From Antedon mediterranea (lineage: Eukaryota > Animalia > Echinodermata): a stretch of 64,000 bases of DNA. A model generated the notes under the pieces. The model ran no database searches, was not told the origin of the DNA, and was given only the letters and a program-made list of their open reading frames with translations. Of this stretch, positions 1 through 12,539 are shown in pieces. The stretch spans positions 13,564,795 through 13,628,794 of the forward strand of contig NC_092670.1 of the NCBI RefSeq assembly GCF_964355755.1. Direction: 5' to 3'. Numbering within the stretch: the first letter of the stretch is position 1; each line of letters begins with the position of its first letter. The translations under genes and the position numbers were made by a program.

Positions 1-3000
1 CTTTCGTCATAGCTCATCACATTGAATAGAGCGCATCTCCACTTATCCGTTTTCCATTTTCACCCCGATTTTGATTTTGTCTAGGTCAATCAAGTATCTT
101 TCGCATGAGTTAAAAATATTTTAATTTTTTTGACGTCATCATGCCTAAAAATTTTAATCACGTGTGGCATCAATTTCATCTTTACAGTAAATTTTAATCT
201 GTTATAGCTCGTAAGAATAAAACTTGATAATCACGATTAAAACTTTTTCTGGAAGCTATTGGATTGTAGATACGAAATTATGTAAAAATGTTGCCAATCG
301 GATGTTGTGACGTCATCATATGGCCAGTTAAATAAAAAAGGTCGTATTTTCATCTTTTGCGTCATAATTCATTACATTTAAAAGAGCGCGCATCAATATT
401 TCACGTATTCAAATTTCTTCTACACGCTAATACGTTGTTGCTGAGATAATTTCCTTTCGGAATTGCTAACTTCGCGTTTCATTTTAAAACCGTCAACATG
501 TTAAAAATTGTAATAAATAGCGGGTCCCGTAATTTCACCTATTCTACACTGTATGTGATATGGATACAGATTATACTGTGTATACTATATATGAATTTAA
601 ATAATAAAATTCAGCAATAACAACAGATCATATTCTTCAGTTCAGTTCATAATGCCAACGTGAACACTTCCTTTTGTCCTCAACCTATCCCCTTAATGTT
701 AATGTTGCACCACTTGCGCGGCGGATAACCAAACTCGTCAAAGTGACGAGTTACATGTCTAGTTCTTCTTCTTTCTTTCTGTATGATTTTTGTGTAACGC
801 TTTTCTCTAAAACTCGCAAACATAACATTTCGGTAACTATGTTAACATTTTGACATTTATGTAACGTCGTCAAGCGAAGCTTTTCATGATGTTTACAATT
901 GCGCAACGTGACGTACGCGCGATTTAACGATTTTCTCGTATCTAACATATGTCGAAAACCAAATAACATTTTAAAGTGAAACTTTGCAAAAGTTTAATTT
1001 ATATCATGCGCTAACTTTCTGTTGAAAAAAAATTGCGTGTTTTACACAAAGTTACGCGCGCACGCGTATTTAAAATTTCAAAATGCGCAAAATTAATTTA
1101 TAATCAACTTTCTACGCGTTTTATGTCGTTTTAAGCATGTCAAAAATTCCCACGCGTGCGCACATTTTTACGTGTGCGGTGCGCACGTAGCATTGAAAAC
1201 GTATTTTTTTCGCGTGATTTATGTTTTTCCAGCCTTTTCTAGCAATTTTACCAAATTTTAAACAATTTCGACTTAAAGATACGTCATACGAGCACGTCGA
1301 ATTGGACAATTTGCGCGCGTTTTTTATGAAAAGGTTAAAAAATTCGTTTAAAATATGCCTTTTTTTAAACAGTCGTAATTTCTAAACTAGACGGTCAACT
1401 TTTTGTGGATGACATATTCTGGAAGTAGATGAGTTGTAGATATCGGATCAGGTATTAATATGGCTAACCGGACATTGTGACGTCATCGTATGGCCACGCG
1501 AATATAAAATTTAGGATTTTTGTATCTTTCGTCATAACTCATCACATTGAATAGAGCGCATCTCCACCTATTCGTTTTCCATTTTCACCCTGATTTTGAT
1601 ATTGTCTAGGTCAATCAACTATCTTTCGCATGAGGTAAAAATATTTTAATTTTTTTGACGTCATCATGCCTAAAAATTTAAATCACGTGTGGCATCAATT
1701 TCATCTTTACAGTAAATTTTAATCTGTTATAGCTCGTAAGAATAAAATGTGATAATCACGATTAAAACTTTTTCTGGAAGCTATTGGATTGTAGATACGA
1801 AATTATGTAAAAATGTTGCCAATCGGATGTTGTGACGTCATCATATGGCCAGTTAAATGAAAAAGGTCGTATTTTCATCTTTTGCGTCATAATTCATTAC
1901 ATTTAAAAGAGCGCGCATCAATATTTCACGTATTCAAATTTCTTCTACACGCTAATACGTTGTTGCTGAGATAATTTCCTTTCGGAATTGCTACCTTCGC
2001 GTTTTATTTTAAAACCGTCAACATGATAAAAATTGCAATAAATAGCAGGTCCCGTAATTTCACCTATTCTACACTGTATGTCACTGTATGTGATATGGAT
2101 ACAGAATATACTGTTTATACTATATATGAATTTAAATAATAAAATTCAGCAATAACAACATATCATATTCTTCAGTTCAGATCATAATGCCAACGTGAAC
2201 ACTTCCTTTTGTCCTCAACCTATCCCCTTAATGTTAATGTTGCACCACTTGCGCGGCGGATAACCAAACTCGTCAAAGTGACGAGTTACATGTCTAGTTC
2301 TTCTTCTTTCTTTCTGTATGATTTTTGTGTAACGCTTTTCTCTAAAACTCGCAAACATAACATTTTGTTAACTATGTTAACATTTTGACATTTATGTAAC
2401 GTCGTCAAGCGAAGCTTTTCATGATGTTTACAATTGCGCAACGTGACGTACGCGCGATTTAACGATTTTATCGTATTTAACATATGTCGAAAACCAAATA
2501 ACATTTTAAAGTGAAACTTTTCAAAAGTTTAATTTATATCATGCGCTAAATTTCTGTTGAAAAAAAATTGCGTGTTTTACACAAAGTTACGCGCGCACGC
2601 ACATTTAAAATTTCAAAATGCGCAAAATTAATTTATAATCAACTTTCTACGCGTTTCATGTCGTTTTAAGCATGTCAAAAATTCCCACGCGTGCGCACAT
2701 TTCTACGTGTGCGATGCGCACGTAGCATTGAAAACGTATTTTTTTCGCGTGATTTATGTTTTTCCAGCCTTTTCTAGTAATTTTACCAAATTTTAAACAA
2801 TTTCGACTTAAAGATACGTCATACGAGCACGTCGAATTGGACAATTTGCGCGCGTTTTTTATAAAAAGGTTAAAAAATTCGTTTAAAATATGCCTTTTTT
2901 TAAACAGTCGTAATTTCTAAACTAGACGGTCAAATTTTTGTGGATGACATATTCTGGAAGTAGATGAGTTGTAGATATCGGATCAGGTATTAATATGGCT

Positions 3001-6000
3001 AACCGGACATTGTGACGTCATCGTATGGCCACGCGAATATAAAATTTAGTATTTTTATATCTTTCGTCATAGCTCATCACATTGAATAGAGCGCATCTCC
3101 ACTTATCCGTTTTCCATTTTCACCCCGATTTTGATATTGTCTAGGTCAATCAACTATCTTTCGCATGAGTTAAAAATATTTTAATTTTTTTGACGTCATC
3201 ATGCCTAAAAATTTAAATCACGTGTGGCATCAATTTCATCTTTACAGTAAATTTTAATCTGTTATAGCTCGTAAGAATAAAATGTGATAATCACGATTAA
3301 AACTTTTTCTGAAAGCTATTGGATTGTAGATATGAAATTATGTAAAAATGTTGCCAATCGGATGTTGTGACGTCATCATATGGCCAGTTAAATAAAAAAG
3401 GTCGTATTTTCATCTTTTTCGTCATAATTCATTACATTTAAAAGAGCGCGCATCAATATTTAACGTATTCAAATTTCTTCTACACGCTAATACGTTGTTG
3501 CTGAGATAATTTGCTTTCGGAACTGCTAACTTCGCTTTTCATTTTAAAACCATCAACATGTTAAAAATTGCAATAAATAGTGGGTCCCGTAATTTCACCT
3601 ATTCTACACTGTATGTGATATGGATACAGATTATACTGTGTATACTATATATGAATTTAAATAATAAAATTCAGCAATAACAACAGATCATATTCTTCAG
3701 TTCAGGTCATAATGCCAACGTGAACACTTCCTTTTGTCCTCAACCTATCCCCTTAATGTTAATGTTGCACCACTTGCGCGGCGGATAACCAAACTCGTCA
3801 AAGTGACGAGTTTCATGTCTAGTGCTTATTCAAACCGGACGTAGACTTAGAGTACCGCTTAGAATACGAACCTCAAAATACCGATTATCATTCGTCCCAC
3901 AATGCATTTTCGAGTATAATGACACAAGATAATAATTATAATCAATCTTACACAGAATTTATAACATTTAATTTTTTAACACAAATTTGTTTACTTTACA
4001 TACTGAGTATTTTTGGTTATCCGCAACGAAGTTGCAGGATAACCTCTTGTGATTGTACGAAATCAACCTGTATGATTTTTGTGTAACGCTTTTCTCTAAA
4101 ACTCGCAAACATAACATTTCGGTAACTATCTTAACATATTGACATTTACGTAACGTCGTCAAGCGAAGCTTTTCATGACTTTTACAATTGCGCAACGTGA
4201 CTTACGCGCGATTTAACGATTTTGTCGTATTTAACATAGCTCGACAACCAAATAACATTTCAACTTGAAACTTTGCAAAAGTTTAATTTATATCATGCGC
4301 TAACTTTCTGTTGAAAAAAAATTGCGTGTTTTACACAAAGTTACGCGCGCACGCGCATTTAAAATTTCAAAATGCGCAAAATTAATTTATAATCAACTTT
4401 CTACGCGTTTCATGTCAATTTAAGCATGTCAAAAATTCCCACGCGTGCGCACATTTTTACGTGTGCGGTGCGCACCTAGTATTGAAAACGTACTTTTTTC
4501 ACGTGATTTATATTTTTCCAGCCTTTTCTAGTAATTTTACCAAATTTTTAACAATTTCGACTTAAAGATACGTCATACGAGCACGTCGAATTGGACAATT
4601 TGCGCGCGTTTTTTATGAAAAGGTTAAAAAATTCGTTTAAAATATGCCTTTTTTTAAACAGTCGTAATTTCTAAACTAGACGGTCAACTTTTTGTGGATG
4701 GCATATTCTGGAAGTAGATGAGTTATAGATATCAGATCAGGTATTAATATGGCTAACCGGACATTGTGACGTCATCGTATGGCCACGCGAAAATAAAATT
4801 TAGGATTTTTGTATCTTTCGTCATAGCTCATCACATTGAATAGAGCGCATCTCCACTTATCCGTTTTCCATTTTCACCCCGATTTTGATTTTGTCTAGGT
4901 CAATCAAGTATCTTTCGCATGAGTTAAAAATATTTTAATTTTTTTGACGTCATCATGCCTAAAAATTTTAATCACGTGTGGCATCAATTTCATCTTTACA
5001 GTAAATTTTAATCTGTTATAGCTCGTAAGAATAAAACTTGATAATCACGATTAAAACTTTTTCTGGAAGCTATTGGATTGTAGATACGAAATTATGTAAA
5101 AATGGTGCCAATCGGATGTTGTGACGTCATCATATGGCCAGTTAAATAAAAAAGGTCGTATTTTCATCTTTTGCGTCATAATTCATTACATTTAAAAGAG
5201 CGCGCATCAATATTTCACGTATTCAAATTTCTTCTACACGCTAATACGTTGTTGCTGAGATAATTTCCTTTCGGAATTGCTACCTTCCCGTTTCATTTTA
5301 AAACCGTCAACATGTTAAAAATTGCAATAAATAGCGGGTCCCGTAATTTCACCTATTCTACACTGTATGTGATATGGATACAGATTATACTGTGTATACT
5401 ATGAATTTATATATAGATAAAATTCAGCAATAACAACATATCATATTCTTCAGTTCAGGTCATAATGCCAACGTGAACACTTCCTTTTGTCCTCAACCTA
5501 TCCCCTTAATGTTAATGTTGCACCACTTGCGCGGCGGATAACCAAACTCGTCAAAGTGACGAGTTACATGTCTAGTCATCTTTTTCTTAATCTTCTTTCT
5601 TTCTGTATGATTTTTGTGTAACGCTTTTCTCTAAAACTTGCAAACATAACATTTTGTTAACTATGTTAACATTTTGACATTTATGTAACGTCGTCAAGCG
5701 AAGCTTTTCATGATGTTTACAATCGCGCAACGTGACGTACGCGCGATTTAACGATTTTCTCGTATTTAACATATATCGAAAACCAAATAACATTTTAAAG
5801 TGAAACTTTGCAAAAGTTTAATTTATATCATGCGCTAACTTTCTGTTGAAAAAAAATTGCGTGTTTTACACAAAGTTACGCGCGCACGCACATTTAAAAT
5901 TTCAAAATGCGCAAAATTAATTTATAATCAACTTTCTACGCGTTTCATGTCGTTTTAAGCATGTCAAAAATTCCCACGCGTGCGCACATTTCTACGTGTG

Positions 6001-8639
6001 CGGTGCGCACGTAGCATTGAAAACGTATTTTTTTCGCGTGATTTATGTTTTTCCAGCCTTTTCTAGTAATTTTTCCAAATTTTAAACAATTTCGACTTAA
6101 AGATAAGTCATACGAGCACGTCGAATTGGACAATTTGCGCGCGTTTTTTATGAAAAGGTTAAAAAATTCGTTTAAAATATGCCTTTTTTTAAACAGTCGT
6201 AATTTCTAAACTAGACGGTCAAATTTGTGTGGATGACATATTCTGGAAGTAGATGAGTTGTAGATATCAGATCAGGTATTAATATGGCTAACCGGACATT
6301 GTGACGTCATCGTATGGCCACGCGAATATACAATTTAGGATTTTTGTATCTTTTGTCATAGCTCATCACATTGAATAGAGCGCATCTCCACTTATCCGTT
6401 TTCCATTTTCACCCCGATTTTGATATTGTCTAGTTCAATCAACTATCTTTCGCATGAGTGAAAAATATTTTAATTTTTTTGACGTCATCGTGCCTAAAAA
6501 TTTAAATCACGTGTGGCATCAATTTCATCTTTACAGTAAATTTTAATCTGTTATAGCTCGTAAGAATAAAATGTGATAATCACGATTAAAACTTTTTCTG
6601 GAAGCTATTGGATTGTAGATATGAAATTATGTAAAAATGTTGCCAATCGGATGTTGTGACGTCATCATATGGCCAGTTAAATAAAAAAAGGTCGTATTTT
6701 CATCTTTTGCGTCATAATTCATTACATTTAAAAGAGCACGCATCAATATTTCACGTATTCAAATTTCTTCTACACGCTAATACGTTGTTGCTGAGATAAT
6801 TTCCTTTCGGAATTGCTACCTTCGCGTTTCATTTTAAAACCGTCAACATGTTAAAAATTGCAATAAATAGCGGGTCCCGTAATTTCACCTATTCTATGTA
6901 TGTCACTGTATGTGATATGGATACAGATTATACTGTGTATACTATATATGAATTTAAATAATAAAATTCAGCAATAACAACATATCATATTCTTCAGTTC
7001 AGGTCATAATGCCAACGTGAACACTTCCTTTTGTCCTCAACCTATCCCCTTAATGTTAATGTTGCACCACTTGCGCGGCGGATAACCAAACTCGTCAAAG
7101 TGACGAGTTACATGTCTAGTCTTCTTTCTTTCTGTATGATTTTTGTGTAACGCTTTTCTCTAAAACTTGCAAACATAACATTTTGTTAACTATGTTAACA
7201 TTTTGACATTTATGTAACGTCGTCAAGCGAAGCTTTTCATGATGTTTACAATTGCGCAACGTGACGTACGCGCAATTTAACGATTTTCTCGTATTTAACA
7301 TATGTCGAAAACCAAATAACATTTTAAAGTGAAACTTTGCAAAAGTTAAATTTATATCATGCGCTAACTTTCTGTTGAAAAAAAATTGCGTGTTTTACAC
7401 AAAGTTACGCGCGCACGCGCATTTAAAATTTCAAAATGCGCAAAATTAATTTATAATCAACTTTCTACGCTTTTCATGTCGTTTTAAGCATGTCAAAAAT
7501 TCCCACGCGTGCGCACATTTTTACGTGTGCGGTGCGCACGTAGCATTGAAAACGTATTTTTTTCGCGTGATTTATATTTTTCCAGCCTTTTCTAGTAATT
7601 TTACCAAATTTTAAACAATTTCGACTTAAAGATACGTCATACGAGCACGTCGAATTGGACAATTTGCGCGCGTTTTTTATGAAAAGGTTAAAAAATTCGT
7701 TTAAAATATGCCTTTTTTTAAACAGTCGGAATTTCTAAACTAGACGGTCAAATTTTTGTGGATGACATATTCTGGAAGTAGATGAGTTGTAGATATCGGA
7801 TCAGGTATTAATATGGCGAACCGGACATTGTGACGTCATCGTATGGCCACGCGAATATAAAATTTAGGATTTTTGTATCTTTCGTCATAGCTCATCACAT
7901 TGAATAGAGCGCATCTCCACTTATCCGTTTTCCATTTTCACCCCGATTTTGATATTGTCTAGGTCAATCAACTATCTTTCGCATGAGATAAAAATATTTT
8001 AATTTTTTTGACGTCATCATGCCTAAAAATTTATATCACGTGTGGCATCAATTTCATCTTTACAGTAAATTTTAATCTGTTATAGCTCGTAAGAATAAAA
8101 TGTGATAATCACGATTAAAACTTTTTCTGGAAGCTATTGGATTGTAGATACGAAATTATGTAAAAATGTTGCCAATCGGATGTTGTGACGTCATCATATG
8201 GCCAGTTAAATAAAAAAGGTCGTATTTTCATCTTTTGCGTCATAATTCATTACATTTAAAAGAGCGCGCATCAATATTTCACGTATTCAAATTTCTTCTA
8301 CACGCTAATACGTTGTTGCTGAGATAATTTCCTTTTGGAATTGCTACCTTCGCGTTTCATTTTAAAACCGTCAACATGTTAAAAATTGCAATAAATAGCG
8401 GGTCCGTAATTTCACCTATTCTACACTGTATGTGATATGGATACAGATTATACTGTGTATACTATATATGAATTTAAATAATAAAATTCAGCAATAACAA
8501 CATATCATATTCTTCAGTTCAGGTCATAATGCCAACGTGAACACTTCCTTTTGTCCTCAACCTATCCCCTTAATGTTAATGTTGCACCACTTGCGCGGCG
8601 GATAACCAAACTCGTCAAAGTGACGAGTTACATGTCTAG
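1..8639 (+). mobile_element. Tandem array of ~1.53-kb non-autonomous Helitron/Helentron-type element (family 1), 5 full copies plus a partial one at the window start
   Basis: Near-identical units ending in hairpin AACTCGTCA-AAG-TGACGAGTT followed by ..CATGTCTAG, with CTAG ending at 762, 2297, 3822, 5575, 7119, 8639. Units restart in a (TTC/TTTC) microsatellite followed by TGTATGATTTTTGTG. The repeated 62-72 aa ORFs are non-coding by-products of the repeat. Confidence 0.85.
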
Positions 8640-8947
8640 TTTAGTTTGGTTCTTATAATATATAAATACAATCAACTTTATTACTGCGGTTCCATCACCA
8701 CCACCACGTGCCGCCCAATTCCCGTACATACATTTCCATTTCTCCCTAATTTCTTTAATCCACATAAATTAATTGTCCTTTATGGAATCCAGTATTGGTT
8801 TTGTTGTCTCTATTTCTGAATACCCCAATTAGGGGGACACTTCCGTTTTTGTTTAGTGTCCCAAAAAAGTCCCCGTCCGTGGATTCTACTGTATTCGAGA
8901 ACCATCTGTGAGCACCCCTAGATGGTACGCGAGCGAAGCGAGCGTGC

Positions 8948-10210
8948 AAATTTACGTAAGGGCAAAAATCGGTAAATCGCGCGTTATTTCTAGAATGTTT
9001 ACTCGATGGTATGTAAAGTTGGTTCGTACTTTCGGTACTGATTTTAACCACCTGATGTAACCCTGTTTACTAATTAAATTAAGTTAGATAATTAGTTATT
9101 GACGATTGGAACGAATTTAGGTTCAACGATTTGCCCCAAATAGGGGTGTTTTCCGATCGTGGTATACACTGTCTAATGGATGTCAATTTGAAAAATACCC
9201 GCACACAATAATACGAGGACACTTCGCATTTTCCTATCTCCTCCTACGATAATTGTTTTTAATAGCTGAAAACCGGTTGAACAGTTCGAGTACAGCATCA
9301 TAATGTTGAAGACAGGCCGATTTTCTTTAAAAAATGGTATTTTGATACATGTAATATACGTTTTTACACATGTATTGATTTGTGATGAATGGAACATTCC
9401 AAATTATTTGATTTAACCATAGAGGTATAGATTTAGATTTATGGGCCCCCTTGGAGAATAAACATAAATAGTATTGCAATGCACTTTTGATCGCAATTTG
9501 AATCGCAAATATCTTACTGTGAGTGTTGGTACTGTTAGATAATAATATAAACAAATATACAAATAAACTTTATTACTGTGAGTGTGGGTAGGCCCTACTG
9601 TTAGATTATAAACATATAATATACAAATAAATAAACGTTATTACTGACAGTTGCTTCTCAACGTTTGTATTAATTAATAATTTAAAAATATATAAACGTA
9701 CGTACGTAGTGGTGTATCGTTACATGTACTTTACTATTTCAATCGACTATGACAGTGAGAGTTTTAACAAAGTATTAAATCGTAAATGTTTTACTGTATT
9801 TAGTGGTATATTATTTATAGGCCTATAAAACATTAAAAACAATATTTCGTTACTGAGTGGATAAGAATATATTTTAAAATGTTTCCTCTTTGTACCTATC
9901 TTCTTCCCCCATCCCTCAACCCTTAATGTTACATACAAAACACAAATTGGGTTTGTTTAAATGAGTCCAAATAAAAAAATTTGACTCATTTTGTTTCTCT
10001 CTCGGAAGTAATTCCCAGGGTGCTAATTTTAGCTGACTACATAAATCATCGTGTATATTTATTCGTTTCTGTAAACGACAATGTATTATAGTCCTGCAGT
10101 ACGTACATTTGAAATCTCCATTTTTTTCTCGCTGGAAAATACTGTGTATTCGAGAACCATCTGTGGGCACGACCTAGATGGTACGCGAGCGAAGCGAGCG
10201 TGCCATCTAG
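8948..10210 (+). mobile_element. Non-autonomous Helitron, family 2 copy (first ~9 nt missing), preceded by a fused 3' end of a related copy (~8885-8947)
   Basis: Homologous to 37666-39296 and 39297-41775; ends CTAGATGGTACGCGAGCGAAGCGAGCGTGCCATCTAG|T. Confidence 0.85.
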
Positions 10211-10230
10211 TGTTACTTAATTTAACAAGC

Positions 10231-10333
10231 TTTTTAGTCGCGTGAAACGCGACTCTATAGAGTCTACTATGCTCTACTATGTCGGTCGGTTGGTCGGTCG
10301 GCATCCGACTGCAGCCATGTATATGGCCTTGTT
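10231..10333 (+). mobile_element. Short DINE-1/HINE-like non-autonomous Helentron
   Basis: TTTTTAGTCGCGTGAAACGCGACT 5' hairpin, (GTCG)n microsatellite, 3' GCCATGTATATGGC hairpin + CTTGTT. Confidence 0.75.
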
Positions 10334-10518
10334 TTTTCTCAAAACACTGATTGTAACAGCCAAAACTTTAGACTGTGATATCTCTGGAAGTAGACATTTT
10401 GTTAAGTTTAAAAAATCTCTAGGGTGCGTAATGTATTGATGACAAATGGTGAATGTTAATTGTTAATGTAGGCCCTACTTAAACAGTATATTTCGGTAGG
10501 GGCAGCCTTCAAGTAATA

Positions 10519-10593
10519 ATTAATCGCGTGCAAATGCGACTCTACAGCTCACTGTGTCGAGCATGCGACTGCAGCCATGTATATGGCCTTGTT
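10519..10593 (+). mobile_element. Degenerate short HINE-like copy
   Basis: TAATCGCGTGCAAATGCGACTCTACAG ... GCAGCCATGTATATGGCCTTGTT; same termini as 10231-10333. Confidence 0.65.
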
Positions 10594-10748
10594 TAATACC
10601 AATCTACTTTATAAGCTGCCTATTTATAATTAATTATTTTATAATAATATGATTAGTTAATTTTATTACTATAATTTTTATTTTTCGTTTGTTTGGTGGA
10701 TTTTTTATTTTTGTACTGGACTCTGTCGACACGCTCTTTTTACTTCTC

Positions 10749-10820
10749 TTTTTAGTCGCGTGCGAACGCGACTCTACAGCTCACCATGTCAGTCGGTTGG
10801 TATATTATTATGGCCTTGTT
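10749..10820 (+). mobile_element. Short HINE-like copy
   Basis: TTTTTAGTCGCGTGCGAACGCGACTCTACAG ... TATGGCCTTGTT. Confidence 0.65.
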
Positions 10821-11726
10821 TTTGTAAAATGTTTAGAATACGTTTAAAGATAGTTTATTTTAAAGTGATCGTGGTGTTAATTGTTGGTACATCCAGTTTA
10901 TTTAATAAAAATGTCTACAAATTCTAAATGTTATACATTTAATTGAATCAGGTGGACCTTTCCAAACATCAGTTTAGTTTCCAACAAAGTATAACACCTC
11001 TATTATTACACTGAATGAATAATGGTTATAAGGAAGTAAGACTTGACATATTTTTGCACAAATCATTAAGAATATTTAAAATACAAACAAAAAGTTTACA
11101 TAGTACAAAGGTACGAAGGTAATATATATATATATTATAAAAACACCTTTTTTAATTAACACTTGATTACATCAAACATGCAACTTACCGATCTAGAAAG
11201 TGTATTACGCCTCCCTCCAAATTTTTTGAATTCTAGTAAAATGCGATAGATATGAATATAGGTAATTCATTTGTATTCGAGAAAGACAAAAGAATAGTAA
11301 TTGAAAACTGTAATTGAAAATATATCGTCCAATTAGCTTTGATACGCTAAATAAGCTTGATTAGCTAAATAAGCTATACCTAATAATTATTTTTGTCGAT
11401 TGATTATTTTGTTGACAAAAGAGATTGAATGTGATAACAAAAACTCCATAGCTTTAAAGTAAATTAAGCAAATATGATATGAATGATACCATATTTGAGC
11501 ATATCACTACCATATTTGAGCATATCACTACCATATTTGGGCACATCACAATTTTTTTGTTAAACTATAGTTTGATAGTGTATATAGAGTTTGGAATAAA
11601 AGTATTATTCTGGCGAATTTGAGAGTAAGATTTGTAAACGTACGACGAGTGATTGCACTTCAAGCATAATGAACGCTAAAATGTACAGGAGCATGCGAAG
11701 ACTGTAGAGTGGAGATAGCTACTTAC

Positions 11727-11847
11727 GCTCCATTCACTTTTGTTCCGTTTCACGGAACGGAAGACGTTAAATAATGGAAAATCATAATGTTATACAGAAT
11801 TGAGCGGCAACGTCTTCTGTTCCGTGAAACGGAAGTGTGAATGTAGA
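11727..11847. mobile_element. Small palindromic MITE-like element
   Basis: Inverted arms TTCCGTTTCACGGAACGGAAGACGTT / AACGTCTTCTGTTCCGTGAAACGGAA plus outer CATTCAC / GTGAATG. Confidence 0.6.
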
Positions 11848-12365
11848 TGAAGTATGTGTGTAAAATCGTCTCCATGTATTATCAGTTGTCACAGATGCAA
11901 AGAAAATTAGTATTTTTAAGAACAAGACGAAGAATACTCTCATTTTCAGTCACTCATCAGAAATATCATAACAGCACAAGAATTCCACTAAACAAAATGA
12001 TATTTATTTTTATATGCATTTATTCATAATAATGAAAATTACAATAAAGAATTCTCTTATAAACCCAAATTTATATTAAATATTTGTTTTACCAATACAG
12101 AGAAGGTTTATACGGTCATTTGAATATAGAATTAAGAACTATAAACAGTACGAATGCAATATACTGTACTCTAGGCCTATAGCACAAACATGTACTTAGA
12201 TTAGAAAATAATAATATTATATAAATTGTGAAAACGGTTTTTTATGGTGTCCGATTTGGTAAAAGAACGTGAATTGCCATCAGTTGCTATATCTTAGTTA
12301 GTTATAGGAGCAGAAAGTAGATGGGTATTATTTGATTAGAATGTGGAATATAGTCTCGAATTTTT

Positions 12366-12539
12366 TTAGTTAGCTGGAGCTGGTGACTTGTTGGAGAGAT
12401 CGCCTTCATATGCGCTAAAGAACAACCAATGGTCACCGATGCTCAACGATGTCAGCATATCATAGATAGAGGAAGCTTTGTTCCTACAACCTCTAAATAT
12501 CATTGGTGGAAGGCCATTAGGTCTTGCTTTATAACCTGT
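12366..12539 (-). CDS. Gene A coding exon 3
   Basis: Acceptor TCTTTCAG, TGYKARPNGLPPMIFRGC...PAPAN-TAA; aligns to gene B exon 3. Confidence 0.8.
   Translation of the reverse strand, partial: TGYKARPNGLPPMIFRGCRNKASSIYDMLTSLSIGDHWLFFSAYEGDLSNKSPAPAN

Noticed and set aside
751-7662. Repeated 62-75 aa ORFs (MLFGFRH..., MSNSTCS...) as a tandem gene family
   Set aside because: They lie inside the repeat unit, rely on non-ATG starts, have no recognisable domain, and are broken or altered in copy 4.
1-8639. CRISPR-like or rDNA/histone repeat interpretation of the array
   Set aside because: Units are 1.5 kb near-identical with no spacers, and have no rRNA or histone similarity; termini are Helitron-like.
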